Source: Haplodiscus bocki (taxonomy: Eukaryota). Taken from it: DNA of 64,000 nucleotides. The DNA lies in contig OZ296650.1 of assembly GCA_965655095.1 (NCBI GenBank), positions 101,370,001 through 101,434,000 of the forward strand, in the 5' to 3' direction. The notes under the pieces were generated by a model, which was not told where the DNA came from, ran no database searches, and saw nothing but the letters and a program-made list of their open reading frames with translations. Below are positions 25,645-38,500 of this stretch, piece after piece. Both the position numbers and the translations under genes were made by a program. The stretch's first letter is position 1. Every line of letters begins with the position of its first letter.

Positions 25645-25953
25645 ATGAACAGCGTTAAAGTGTCGAATTTCTGTAATGAGTTTACATTCTATGATCATTA
25701 TGTTATTGGAACAGGAATTGACTTGAACCGAAGACGAAAATGGGGATTAAAGAGTCTGTCTGAGAGGGATTTTGTATCTGAAAGAGATTGTATTCGTTTA
25801 TTATATGTTGTAGGCGACCTTCCGTTGATGGTAATAAACGATTATATCGAAAAGATCGTTGAAAAAACTGATAATCTTAGGGTTGCTATTTTACAAACAC
25901 TTTCATTGGAAAATTTTAAGAAAATGAAGATAAAAAAGAACATAAAGATATAA
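25645..25953 (+). CDS. Intact 102-aa hypothetical viral ORF
   Basis: Open ORF with a TATAAATG start, the same context as the other element genes. Confidence 0.45.
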   Translation: MNSVKVSNFCNEFTFYDHYVIGTGIDLNRRRKWGLKSLSERDFVSERDCIRLLYVVGDLPLMVINDYIEKIVEKTDNLRVAILQTLSLENFKKMKIKKNIKI

Positions 25954-26040
25954 CAATAGTTGGAAAAAAATTTGATAGTGTTGATGCGGTTGAGTCTTTT
26001 CCAAAAAATGGAAAAAAATTTTGAATTTTTTTTCAAAAGT

Positions 26041-29000
26041 TCCACTGGCCAACTTTCTAATCTACTTTTACGAGCAAATCCCAGTGAGCAATCCTGGCAG
26101 AGTTCGATCGATTCATCTTTTTCAGACTTCGTGATATAGACAGTTCCTCCTATAGCTTCATAGCGGTTGCACGACTGGGGATACGTTTTAAGTAGTGAAT
26201 TGCCTAAACACTCTGGCAAGCCTAAACTTTCATCGATGTCATTCTGCATTGCCAATCTGCTATAGTAGACGAAATAGAAAGAGAAAATTTATTTGATATA
26301 TACATTGTTGATATGTGGTAGTGGTGATTTTTTCAGTCTCGCTTGAACGTGAAAAGACACGTGCGATATTTCCCCCTCAATTCTACGTTTACATAAACGG
26401 AAAATTGTAAGCTTACCACAAAATTGTTACAGAGGAATTTTATATGGTGGAGAAAAACGGGTATGTCAAATAACTTTGTGATTTTTTATTCAAAAAAGCG
26501 AGGCGAAGCGCAGCAAATAATCAACGAGAGACGAAGCAAAGCTGAGCCGGTGAGCTGTGGAAGAGCGAGCGAGCGGTAGTATTTTGTCGGATTCAAGACT
26601 GGCTCGAGCGAAAGCGAGAGTTAGTCGTGTATCCACAAAATACTAAATTATTAGCATGCTTTCCAAAATGAGTAGGCGGAAAACTGGCAGGTGGTAGCCG
26701 GCCGTCTTGCTTGTCTTCCGGTAAAACTGTTTTTTCGTTGACTAGCATTGGGATTGTTTCAATCCAGAAATATTGTGACTGCTCAATGACGGAAAGTTCT
26801 GCCAAGTAGCAGAGAAGGCTAATTTCGTTCTCTTATTCAGAAAATTCCCAACTTGAATTTGAAAAATCAACTATGCTCTCAGTAGCGTCTCACGTCAAAA
26901 GTGTTGTCCTGAAAACTATTGGCCGCAAAGCATCCGCACAGCAATGTTGAAAAAACTCAAATAATCTGTGTAAAGGCTCCTAACAGCGTCACCGATGGTT
27001 CATTACAAAGTCTTAGTTCAATTATTCTTTACTTGTACATAAAAACTGCACGTCTTTTGACTTGCACGTTTGAAACGTTTCTTCAGAGACTCCCGGGCGA
27101 ATTCAATCTATCCAAAGCTAGAAATGATTCTTCGCTGCCTAGGCGATCCGCAAAAGAGCATCGGTTGTCATTGGCGCACATCGGTTTTTACATTTGGTAT
27201 CTTGCAACCAAAAAATCAAAGTTTTCCAATTTGCGACCTCTATCAAAAATTTTTTTCTCAAGGAGTATCGATGTTCCACGAAAAGTAGCTAACCAGTTTG
27301 ATATCAGCAACTGTATTGAAATAAATGTCCTATTCTCACATTAGACTTTTAGCGGTGAGTTCGGAATTTTAAACAAGAGAATAACCTGTACCATATTGAA
27401 AGCAATTATATCGGCTACAAAGTAATGGCATAAACTGACCAAAATTTCAAGACAGTGTTCATCAAGAGATTTGAGATTATCAGCAGCATGAAATATGCGC
27501 ACATCCGGAAAAAAACAAAAAAGCAAATTTCGTTCAAAAAATGTGTTAAAAATATGACGTATCAAAGACCTACTCAACAACGAACTTTCTGAAGTTCAAC
27601 TCCTGAAAGTCACTTCGCTGATAACATGATAACCTCAGCTCCTTAACATAAAAATTCCAGACACTGTGTCCTAATTCCGAAAACGAGTGGAGTATTTTTC
27701 GCTCAACAAATACATTTGATTTTGACGTAAACGAATTGAATTGCAAAATATAGTGACATCGTTAAAACCGGATGAAATTAGCGGCATACCGAAAAATGCG
27801 AATACTGAATGCAGTTTAGTTAAATAGCTGGAGGCGATTAAACTATTATTAAATGCTTAAGCGATTCCAAATCAAGCGGCTAAAAATTCAATCGGACACT
27901 AAAACCCAAGCTACACAACCTAAAAAGTCATCGTTATCAATTCTGAACGAAGACTAAAAAGAAAAATATCTCTGGTCCAGTAGTTTCTTCCTATATTAAA
28001 ATTTCCCATATACGTTGTATTAGTAAAAATTTCGAGGATTTCGAATTTGCGCCAGAATCTCTTGTTGAACTTGCATGAATTTTTGGTATGGTGCATTAAT
28101 TAATGCGCACACGCATACAATTTTCAAAACATAGACAATTCAGACAAAAAGCTAACATGAATTTTGAATTAATCACTGCCATATCAAAAGATTATTCAAG
28201 TTTTCCGATTATGCATTTGAAGTATAAAACAACTTGCACAACCCATTGCCTATAGCACTATTAACTCAGACTTGCTAATATTTATCGTTTCCTTGGCCGT
28301 TAGGCTTTTATTTGTTCACTACTGAATCGGCGTGGCTAGCTGAAAATTTATTTGGTAAAGTTTCTCTTTTACGGAGGTATACATAATTGTTCCGTGCAGA
28401 CCTGCTAGTCTTTCAAAAAAGATTTGATGTTCGAAAAGTGGATATCGCAATTTGTTGTGAACCAACTTTGTCCTTCAGTATCGATAAAAGCATTAAAAGC
28501 ATGTTACGTTCTCGCTTCTTCATGTACTGTCTACAAGTGATAAGGAAGCTGTTTCTGGCGGTGAATCATTTAGAGCTACTGAAAACCAATCAAATATGTC
28601 TGTTCATACGGGTTGAAAACAAAACGAAAAGTCACTGTAATTATTTGGCTTGTTTCTCGTGCTTACCAAAACACCAAAGTCGCATTTTTAGTCGTGCCTG
28701 TTTACTCGACATACTTCAGGGCCTCGACCTGAAGCGCCTACTAAAAATTTGATGCATTTTGAGGCTTCCGTGGAACGAAGCTGTTGTAGAGTAACTGTCT
28801 GGGACTGATTAAATTGGCGCCACCCATATCGTATTCATTTTCGGAATATTGTTTCGCAAACTTGTTTTGGTTTTCGCTAAAAGAGGTATTACGAAAAAAT
28901 TTTGGACAAAACTTCCACAGTATTTTCTTTCATCAAAAGGCAGTTTTTGTGTTTCTGGCCTGTATTCCGGGTCCAGAAAAATCAATATAAAATTTTGCTA

Positions 29001-29534
29001 TCTGAGGATTCCGTCGAGTAGGAATTGAAAAATTACTGTATTGTACATTTCGAGCTGCATGGTCGACAGATTTTCGAAAAAAAAGCGCTTCACACAATTT
29101 TAGATCATTTTGATGGGGAAAAATTATTCAAAATCGTGAAAAAGCATACTGTGCATTGAAAATTTAACAGATTCGCAGAACAAAATTGATTTTTATTACC
29201 TGTATGTTGACATTTTCTCAACTATCTTAGTGGCAAGTAATCAATTTCTTGACATCACTATGTAGATCCTAGCCTGATTTCATTTTAATATTCAACAGAT
29301 ATTCCAGAAAGAATTTAGTGGAACTGCTTTATACCCAATCTTGGTAAATGCCCTAGTCGAGCCTGCATGAACATTTTTATGCTGCATGAATGCATGCAGA
29401 AAAGCTTTTTGAAAAAAAACATAGTAGATTCAGGTATCTGTCATGAAAAATTTTTGCAAAATTTGCATACAGTATGCAAAATTTTAACATAATTTCAATG
29501 CAAAATATTGACAGAACTTATAAGAAACTACTTC
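26041..29534 (-). repeat. Right arm (~3.5 kb) of the large inverted duplication
   Basis: As for the left arm. Its outer ~315 bp are the start of satellite unit 1. Confidence 0.97.
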
Positions 29535-32500
29535 CCCAATGTTTTTTACACTGCTTTAACTCAGCAAAGTAATATTGGCTATTTGTCACCTCTCCACAAA
29601 CAGAAGTAACAGTCTATCGACTAAACTCTGACGGAAGTTTGTAATTATGGTTTATATTTATGATCTCACTAGTTTTGAGCCTTAAAAAAAATTAATTCAG
29701 TATTTTTTCTCCGAAATTTTTGTTTTTCGATCAAAAATTTGCTCAGAGATTGCACAACTATCTTAGTGGCAAGTAATCAATTTCTTGACATCACTATGTA
29801 GATCCTAGCCTGACTTCATTTTAATATTCAACACATATTCCAGAAAGAATTTAGTGGAACTGCTTTATACCCAATCTTGGTAAATGCCCTAGTCGAGCCT
29901 GCATGAACATTTTTATGCTGCATGAATGCATGCAGAAAAGCTTTTTGAAAAAAAAAACATAGTAGATTCAGATATCTGTCCTGAAAAATTTTTGCAAAAT
30001 TTGCATACAGTATGCAAAATTTTAACATAATTTCAATGCAAAATATTGACAGAACTTATAAGAAACTACTTCCCCAATGTTTTTTACACTGCTTTAACTC
30101 AGCAAAGTAATATTGGCTATTTGTCACCTCTCCACAAACAGAAGTAACAGTCTATCGACTAAACTCTGACGGAAGTTTGTAATTATGGTTTATATTTATG
30201 ATCTCACTAATTTTGAGCCTTAAAAAAATTTAATTCAGTATTTTTTCTCCGAAATTTTTGTTTTTCGATCAAAAATTTGCTCAGAGATTGCACAACTATC
30301 TTAGTGGCAAGTAATCAATTTCTTGACATCACTATGTAGATCCTAGCCTGACTTCATTTTAATATTCAACAGATATTCCAGAAAGAATTTAGTGGAACTG
30401 CTTTATACCCAATCTTGGTAAATGCCCTAGTCGAGCCTGCATGAACATTTTTATGCTGCATGAATGCATGCAGAAAAGCTTTTTGAAAAAAAAACATAGT
30501 AGATTCAGGTATCTGTCATGAAAAATTTTTGCAAAATTTGCATACAGTATGCAAAATTTTAACATAATTTCAATGCAAAATATTGACAGAACTTATAAGA
30601 AACTACTTCCCCAATGTTTTTTACACTGCTTTAACTCAGCAAAGTAATATTGGCTATTTGTCACCTCTCCACAAACAGAAGTAACAGTCTATCGACTAAA
30701 CTCTGACGGAAGTTTGTAATTATGGTTTATATTTATGATCTCACTAGTTTTGAGCCTTAAAAAAATTTAATTCAGTATTTTTTCTCCGAAATTTTTGTTT
30801 TTCGATCAAAAATTTGCTCAGAGGTTGCACAACTATCTTAGTGGCAAGTAATCAATTTCTTGACATCACTATGTAGATCCTAGCCTGACTTCATTTTAAT
30901 ATTCAACAGATATTCCAGAGAGAATTTAGTGGAACTGCTTTATACCCAATCTTGGTAAATGCCCTAGTCGAGCCTGCATGAACTCTTTTATGCTGCATGA
31001 ATGCATGCAGAAAAGCTTTTTGAAAAAAAAACATAGTAGATTCAGGTATCTGTCATGAAAAATTTTTGCAAAATTTGCATACAGTATGCAAAATTTTAAC
31101 ATAATTTCAATGCAAAATATTGACAGAACTTATAAGAAACTACTTCCCCAATGTTTTTTACACTGCTTTACCTCAGCAAAGTAATATTGGCTATTTGTCA
31201 CCTCTCCACAAACAGAAGTAACAGTCTATCGACTAAACTCTGACGGAAGTTTGTAATTATGGTTTATATTTATGATCTCACTAATTTTGAGCCTTAAAAA
31301 AATTTAATTCAGTATTTTTTCTCCGAAATTTTTGTTTTTCGATCAAAAATTTGCTCAGAGATTGCACAACTATCTTAGTGGCAAGTAATCAATTTCTTGA
31401 CATCACTATGTAGATCCTAGCCTGACTTCATTTTAATATTCAACTGATATTCCAGAAAGAATTTAGTGGAACTGCTTTATACCCAATCTTGGTAAATGCC
31501 CTAGTCGAGCCTGCATGAACATTTTTATGCTGCATGAATGCATGCAGAAAAGCTTTTTGAAAAAAAAAACATAGTAGATTCAGGTATCTGTCATGAAAAA
31601 TTTTTGCAAAATTTGCATACAGTATGCAAAATTTTAACATAATTTCAATGCAAAATATTGACAGAACTTATAAGAAACTACTTCCCCAATGTTTTTACAC
31701 TGCTTTAACTCAGCAAAGTAATATTGGCTATTTGTCACCTCTCCACAAACAGAAGTAACAGTCTATCGACTAAACTCTGACGGAAGTTTGTAATTATGGT
31801 TTATATTTATGATCTCACTAGTTTTGAGCCTTAAAAAAATTTAATTCAGTATTTTTTCTCCGAAATTTTTGTTTTTCGATCAAAAATTTGCTCAGAGATT
31901 GCACAACTATCTTAGTGGCAAGTAATCAATTTCTTGACATCACTATGTAGATCCTAGCCTGACTTCATTTTAATATTCAACAGATATTCCAGAAAGAATT
32001 TAGTGGAACTGCTTTATACCCAATCTTGGTAAATGCCCTAGTCGAGCCTGCATGAACATTTTTATGCTGCATGAATGCATGCAGAAAAGCTTTTTGAAAA
32101 AAAAACATAGTAGATTCAGGTATCTGTCATGAAAAATTTTTGCAAAATTTGCATACAGTATGCAAAATTTTAACATAATTTCAATGCAAAATATTGACAG
32201 AACTTATAAGAAACTACTTCCCCAATGTTTTTTACACTGCTTTAACTCAGCAAAGTAATATTGTCTATTTGTCACCTCTCCACAAACAGAAGTAACAGTC
32301 TATCGACTAAACTCTGACGGAAGTTTGTAATTATGGTTTATATTTATGATCTCACTAATTTTGAGCCTTAAAAAAATTTAATTCAGTGTTTTTTCTCCGA
32401 AATTTTTGTTTTTCGATCAAAAATTTGCTCAGAGATTGCACAACTATCTTAGTGGCAAGTAATCAATTTCTTGACATCACTATGTAGATCCTAGCCTGAC

Positions 32501-35500
32501 TTCATTTTAATATTCAACAGATATTCCAGAAAGAATTTAGTGGAACTGCTTTATACCCAATCTTGGTAAATGCCCTAGTCGAGCCTGCATGAACATTTTT
32601 ATGCTGCATGAATGCATGCAGAAAAGCTTTTTGAAAAAAAAACATAGTAGATTCAGGTATCTGTCATGAAAAAATTTTGCAAAATTTGCATACAGTATGC
32701 AAAATTTTAACATAATTTCAATGCAAAATATTGACAGAACTTATAAGAAACTACTTCCCCAATGTTTTTTACACTGCTTTAACTCAGCAAAGTAATATTG
32801 TCTATTTGTCACCTCTCCACAAACAGAAGTAATAGTCTATCGACTAAACTCTGACGGAAGTTTGTAATTATGGTTTATATTTATGATCTCACTAATTTTG
32901 AGCCTTAAAAAAATTTAATTCAGTGTTTTTTCTCCGAAATTTTTGTTTTTCGATCAAAAATTTGCTCAGAGATTGCACAACTATCTTAGTGGCAAGTAAT
33001 CAATTTCTTGACATCACTATGTAGATCCTAGCCTGACTTCATTTTAATATTCAACAGATATTCCAGAAAGAATTTAGTGGAACTGCTTTATACCCAATCT
33101 TGGTAAATGCCCTAGTCGAGCCTGCATGAACATTTTTATGCTGCATGAATGCATGCAGAAAAGCTTTTTGAAAAAAAAACATAGTAGATTCAGGTATCTG
33201 TCATGAAAAAATTTTGCAAAATTTGCATACAGTATGCAAAATTTTAACATAATTTCAATGCAAAATATTGACAGAACTTATAAGAAACTACTTCCCCAAT
33301 GTTTTTTACACTGCTTTAACTCAGCAAAGTAATATTGGCTATTTGTCACCTCTCCACAAACAGAAGTAATAGTCTATCGACTAAACTCTGACGGAAGTTT
33401 GTAATTATGGTTTATATTTATGATCTCACTAGTTTTGAGCCTTAAAAAAATTTAATTCAGTATTTTTTCTCCGAAATTTTTGTTTTTCGATCAAAAATTT
33501 GCTCAGAGATTGCACAACTATCTTAGTGGCAAGTAATCAATTTCTTGACATCACTATGTAGATCCTAGCCTGACTTCATTTTAATATTCAACAGATATTC
33601 CAGAAAGAATTTAGTGGAACTGCTTTATACCCAATCTTGGTAAATGCCCTAGTCGAGCCTGCATGAACATTTTTATGCTGCATGAATGCATGCAGAAAAG
33701 CTTTTTGAAAAAAAACATAGTAGATTCAGGTATCTGTCATGAAAAATTTTTGCAAAATTTGCATACAGTATGCAAAATTTTAACATAATTTCAATGCAAA
33801 ATATTGACAGAACTTATAAGAAACTACTTCCCCAATGTTTTTTACACTGCTTTAACTCAGCAAAGTAATATTGGCTATTTGTCACCTCTCCACAAACAGA
33901 AGTAACAGTCTATCGACTAAACTCTGACGGAAGTTTGTAATTATGGTTTATATTTATGATCTCACTAATTTTGAGCCTTAAAAAAATTTAATTCAGTGTT
34001 TTTTCTCCGAAATTTTTGTTTTTCGATCAAAAATTTGCTCAGAGATTGCACAACTATCTTAGTGGCAAGTAATCAATTTCTTGACATCACTATGTAGATC
34101 CTAGCCTGACTTCATTTTAATATTCAACAGATATTCCAGAAAGAATTTAGTGGAACTGCTTTATACCCAATCTTGGTAAATGCCCTAGTCGAGCCTGCAT
34201 GAACTCTTTTATGCTGCATGAATGCATGCAGAAAAGCTTTTTGAAAAAAAAACATAGTAGATTCAGGTATCTGTCATGAAAAAATTTTGCAAAATTTGCA
34301 TACAGTATGCAAAATTTTAACATAATTTCAATGCAAAATATTGACAGAACTTATAAGAAACTACTTCCCCAATGTTTTTTACACTGCTTTAACTCAGCAA
34401 AGTAATATTGGCTATTTGTCACCTCTCCACAAACAGAAGTAACAGTCTATCGACTAAACTCTGACGGAAGTTTGTAATTATGGTTTATATTTATGATCTC
34501 ACTAATTTTGAACCTTAAAAAAATTTTATTCAGTATTTTTTCTCCGAAATTTTTGTTTTTCGATCAAAAATTTGCTCAGAGATTGCACAACTATCTTAGT
34601 GGCAAGTAATCAATTTCTTGACATCACTATGTAGATCCTAGCCTGACTTCATTTTAATATTCAACAGATATTCCAGAAAGAATTTAGTGGAACTGCTTTA
34701 TACCCAATCTTGGTAAATGCCCTAGTCGAGCCTGCATGAACATTTTTATGCTGCATGAATGCATGCAGAAAAGCTTTTTGAAAAAAAACATAGTAGATTC
34801 AGGTATCTGTCATGAAAAATTTTTGCAAAATTTGCATACAGTATGCAAAATTTTAACATAATTTCAATGCAAAATATTGACAGAACTTATAAGAAACTAC
34901 TTCCCCAATGTTTTTTACACTGCTTTAACTCAGCAAAGTAATATTGGCTATTTGTCACCTCTCCACAAACAGAAGTAACAGTCTATCGACTAAACTCTGA
35001 CGGAAGTTTGTAATTATGGTTTATATTTATGATCTCACTAGTTTTGAGCCTTAAAAAAATTTAATTCAGTATTTTTTCTCCGAAATTTTTGTTTTTCGAT
35101 CAAAAATTTGCTCAGAGGTTGCACAACTATCTTAGTGGCAAGTAATCAATTTCTTGACATCACTATGTAGATCCTAGCCTGACTTCATTTTAATATTCAA
35201 CAGATATTCCAGAGAGAATTTAGTGGAACTGCTTTATACCCAATCTTGGTAAATGCCCTAGTCGAGCCTGCATGAACTCTTTTATGCTGCATGAATGCAT
35301 GCAGAAAACCTTTTTGAAAAAAAAACATAGTAGATTCAGGTATCTGTCATGAAAAATTTTTGCAAAATTTGCATACAGTATGCAAAATTTTAACATAATT
35401 TCAATGCAAAATATTGACAGAACTTATAAGAAACTACTTCCCCAATGTTTTTTACACTGCTTTAACTCAGCAAAGTAATATTGGCTATTTGTCACCTCTC

Positions 35501-38500
35501 CACAAACAGAAGTAACAGTCTATCGACTAAACTCTGACGGAAGTTTGTAATTATGGTTTATATTTATGATCTCACTAATTTTGAGCCTTAAAAAAATTTA
35601 ATTCAGTATTTTTTCTCCGAAATTTTTGTTTTTCGATCAAAAATTTGCTCAGAGATTGCACAACTATCTTAGTGGCAAGTAATCAATTTCTTGACATCAC
35701 TATGTAGATCCTAGCCTGACTTCATTTTAATATTCAACAGATATTCCAGAAAGAATTTAGTGGAACTGCTTTATACCCAATCTTGGTAAATGCCCTAGTC
35801 GAGCCTGCATGAACATTTTTATGCTGCATGAATGCATGCAGAAAAGCTTTTTGAAAAAAAAACATAGTAGATTCAGGTATCTGTCATGAAAAATTTTTGC
35901 AAAATTTGCATACAGTATGCAAAATTTTAACATAATTTCAATGCAAAATATTGACAGAACTTATAAGAAACTACTTCCCCAATGTTTTTTACACTGCTTT
36001 AACTCAGCAAAGTAATATTGGCTATTTGTCACCTCTCCACAAACAGAAGTAACAGTCTATCGACTAAACTCTGACGGAAGTTTGTAATTATGGTTTATAT
36101 TTATGATCTCACTAGTTTTGAGCCTTAAAAAAATTTAATTCAGTATTTTTTCTCCGAAATTTTTGTTTTTCGATCAAAAATTTGCTCAGAGGTTGCACAA
36201 CTATCTTAGTGGCAAGTAATCAATTTCTTGACATCACTATGTAGATCCTAGCCTGACTTCATTTTAATATTCAACAGATATTCCAGAGAGAATTTAGTGG
36301 AACTGCTTTATACCCAATCTTGGTAAATGCCCTAGTCGAGCCTGCATGAACTCTTTTATGCTGCATGAATGCATGCAGAAAAGCTTTTTGAAAAAAAAAC
36401 ATAGTAGATTCAGGTATCTGTCATGAAAAATTTTTGCAAAATTTGCATACAGTATGCAAAATTTTAACATAATTTCAATGCAAAATATTGACAGAACTTA
36501 TAAGAAACTACTTCCCCAATGTTTTTTACACTGCTTTAACTCAGCAAAGTAATATTGGCTATTTGTCACCTCTCCACAAACAGAAGTAACAGTCTATCGA
36601 CTAAACTCTGACGGAAGTTTGTAATTATGGTTTATATTTATGATCTCACTAATTTTGAGCCTTAAAAAAATTTAATTCAGTGTTTTTTCTCCGAAATTTT
36701 TGTTTTTCGATCAAAAATTTGCTCAGAGATTGCACAACTATCTTAGTGGCAAGTAATCAATTTCTTGACATCACTATGTAGATCCTAGCCTGACTTCATT
36801 TTAATATTCAACAGATATTCCAGAAAGAATTTAGTGGAACTGCTTTATACCCAATCTTGGTAAATGCCCTAGTCGAGCCTGCATGAACATTTTTATGCTG
36901 CATGAATGCATGCAGAAAAGCTTTTTGAAAAAAAACATAGTAGATTCAGGTATCTGTCATGAAAAATTTTTGCAAAATTTGCATACAGTATGCAAAATTT
37001 TAACATAATTTCAATGCAAAATATTGACAGAACTTATAAGAAACTACTTCCCCAATGTTTTTTACACTGCTTTAACTCAGCGAAGTAATATTGGCTATTT
37101 GTCACCTCTCCACAAACAGAAGTAACAGTCTATCGACTAAACTCTGACGGAAGTTTGTAATTATGGTTTATATTTATGATCTCACTAGTTTTGAGCCTTA
37201 AAAAAATTTAATTCAGTATTTTTTCTCCGAAATTTTTGTTTTTCGATCAAAAATTTGCTCAGAGATTGCACAACTATCTTAGTGGCAAGTAATCAATTTC
37301 TTGACATCACTATGTAGATCCTAGCCTGACTTCATTTTAATATTCAACAGATATTCCAGAGAGAATTTAGTGGAACTGCTTTATACCCAATCTTGGTAAA
37401 TGCCCTAGTCGAGCCTGCATGAACATTTTTATGCTGCATGAATGCATGCAGAAAAGCTTTTTGAAAAAAAAACATAGTAGATTCAGGTATCTGTCATGAA
37501 AAAATTTTGCAAAATTTGCATACAGTATGCAAAATTTTAACATAATTTCAATGCAAAATATTGACAGAACTTATAAGAAACTACTTCCCCAATGTTTTTT
37601 ACACTGCTTTAACTCAGCAAAGTAATATTGGCTATTTGTCACCTCTCCACAAACAGAAGTAACAGTCTATCGACTAAACTCTGACGGAAGTTTGTAATTA
37701 TGGTTTATATTTATGATCTCACTAATTTTGAGCCTTAAAAAAATTTAATTCAGTATTTTTTCTCCGAAATTTTTGTTTTTCGATCAAAAATTTGCTCAGA
37801 GATTGCACAACTATCTTAGTGGCAAGTAATCAATTTCTTGACATCACTATGTAGATCCTAGCCTGACTTCATTTTAATATTCAACAGATATTCCAGAAAG
37901 AATTTAGTGGAACTGCTTTATACCCAATCTTGGTAAATGCCCTAGTCGAGCCTGCATGAACATTTTTATGCTGCATGAATGCATGCAGAAAAGCTTTTTG
38001 AAAAAAAAACATAGTAGATTCAGGTATCTGTCATGAAAAATTTTTGCAAAATTTGCATACAGTATGCAAAATTTTAACATAATTTCAATGCAAAATATTG
38101 ACAGAACTTATAAGAAACTACTTCCCCAATGTTTTTTACACTGCTTTAACTCAGCAAAGTAATATTGGCTATTTGTCACCTCTCCACAAACAGAAGTAAC
38201 AGTCTATCGACTAAACTCTGACGGAAGTTTGTAATTATGGTTTATATTTATGATCTCACTAATTTTGAGCCTTAAAAAAATTTAATTCAGTATTTTTTCT
38301 CCGAAATTTTTGTTTTTCGATCAAAAATTTGCTCAGAGATTGCACAACTATCTTAGTGGCAAGTAATCAATTTCTTGACATCACTATGTAGATCCTAGCC
38401 TGACTTCATTTTAATATTCAACAGATATTCCAGAAAGAATTTAGTGGAACTGCTTTATACCCAATCTTGGTAAATGCCCTAGTCGAGCCTGCATGAACAT

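Larger units (their letters stand above)
17084..26652 (-). mobile_element. Decayed Polinton/Maverick (adintovirus-like) element 1; probable native TIRs ~17084-17695 and 26041-26652
   Basis: Remnants of pPolB, A32-like ATPase, penton and MCP on the minus strand. The boundary is inferred from truncation of a dispersed repeat at 17083 and 26653. Confidence 0.8.

Noticed and set aside
14200-29534. Whole 3.5-kb arms as ordinary Polinton TIRs with a TSD
   Set aside because: There is no target-site duplication, the arms contain host repeats, and the right end runs seamlessly into the satellite.
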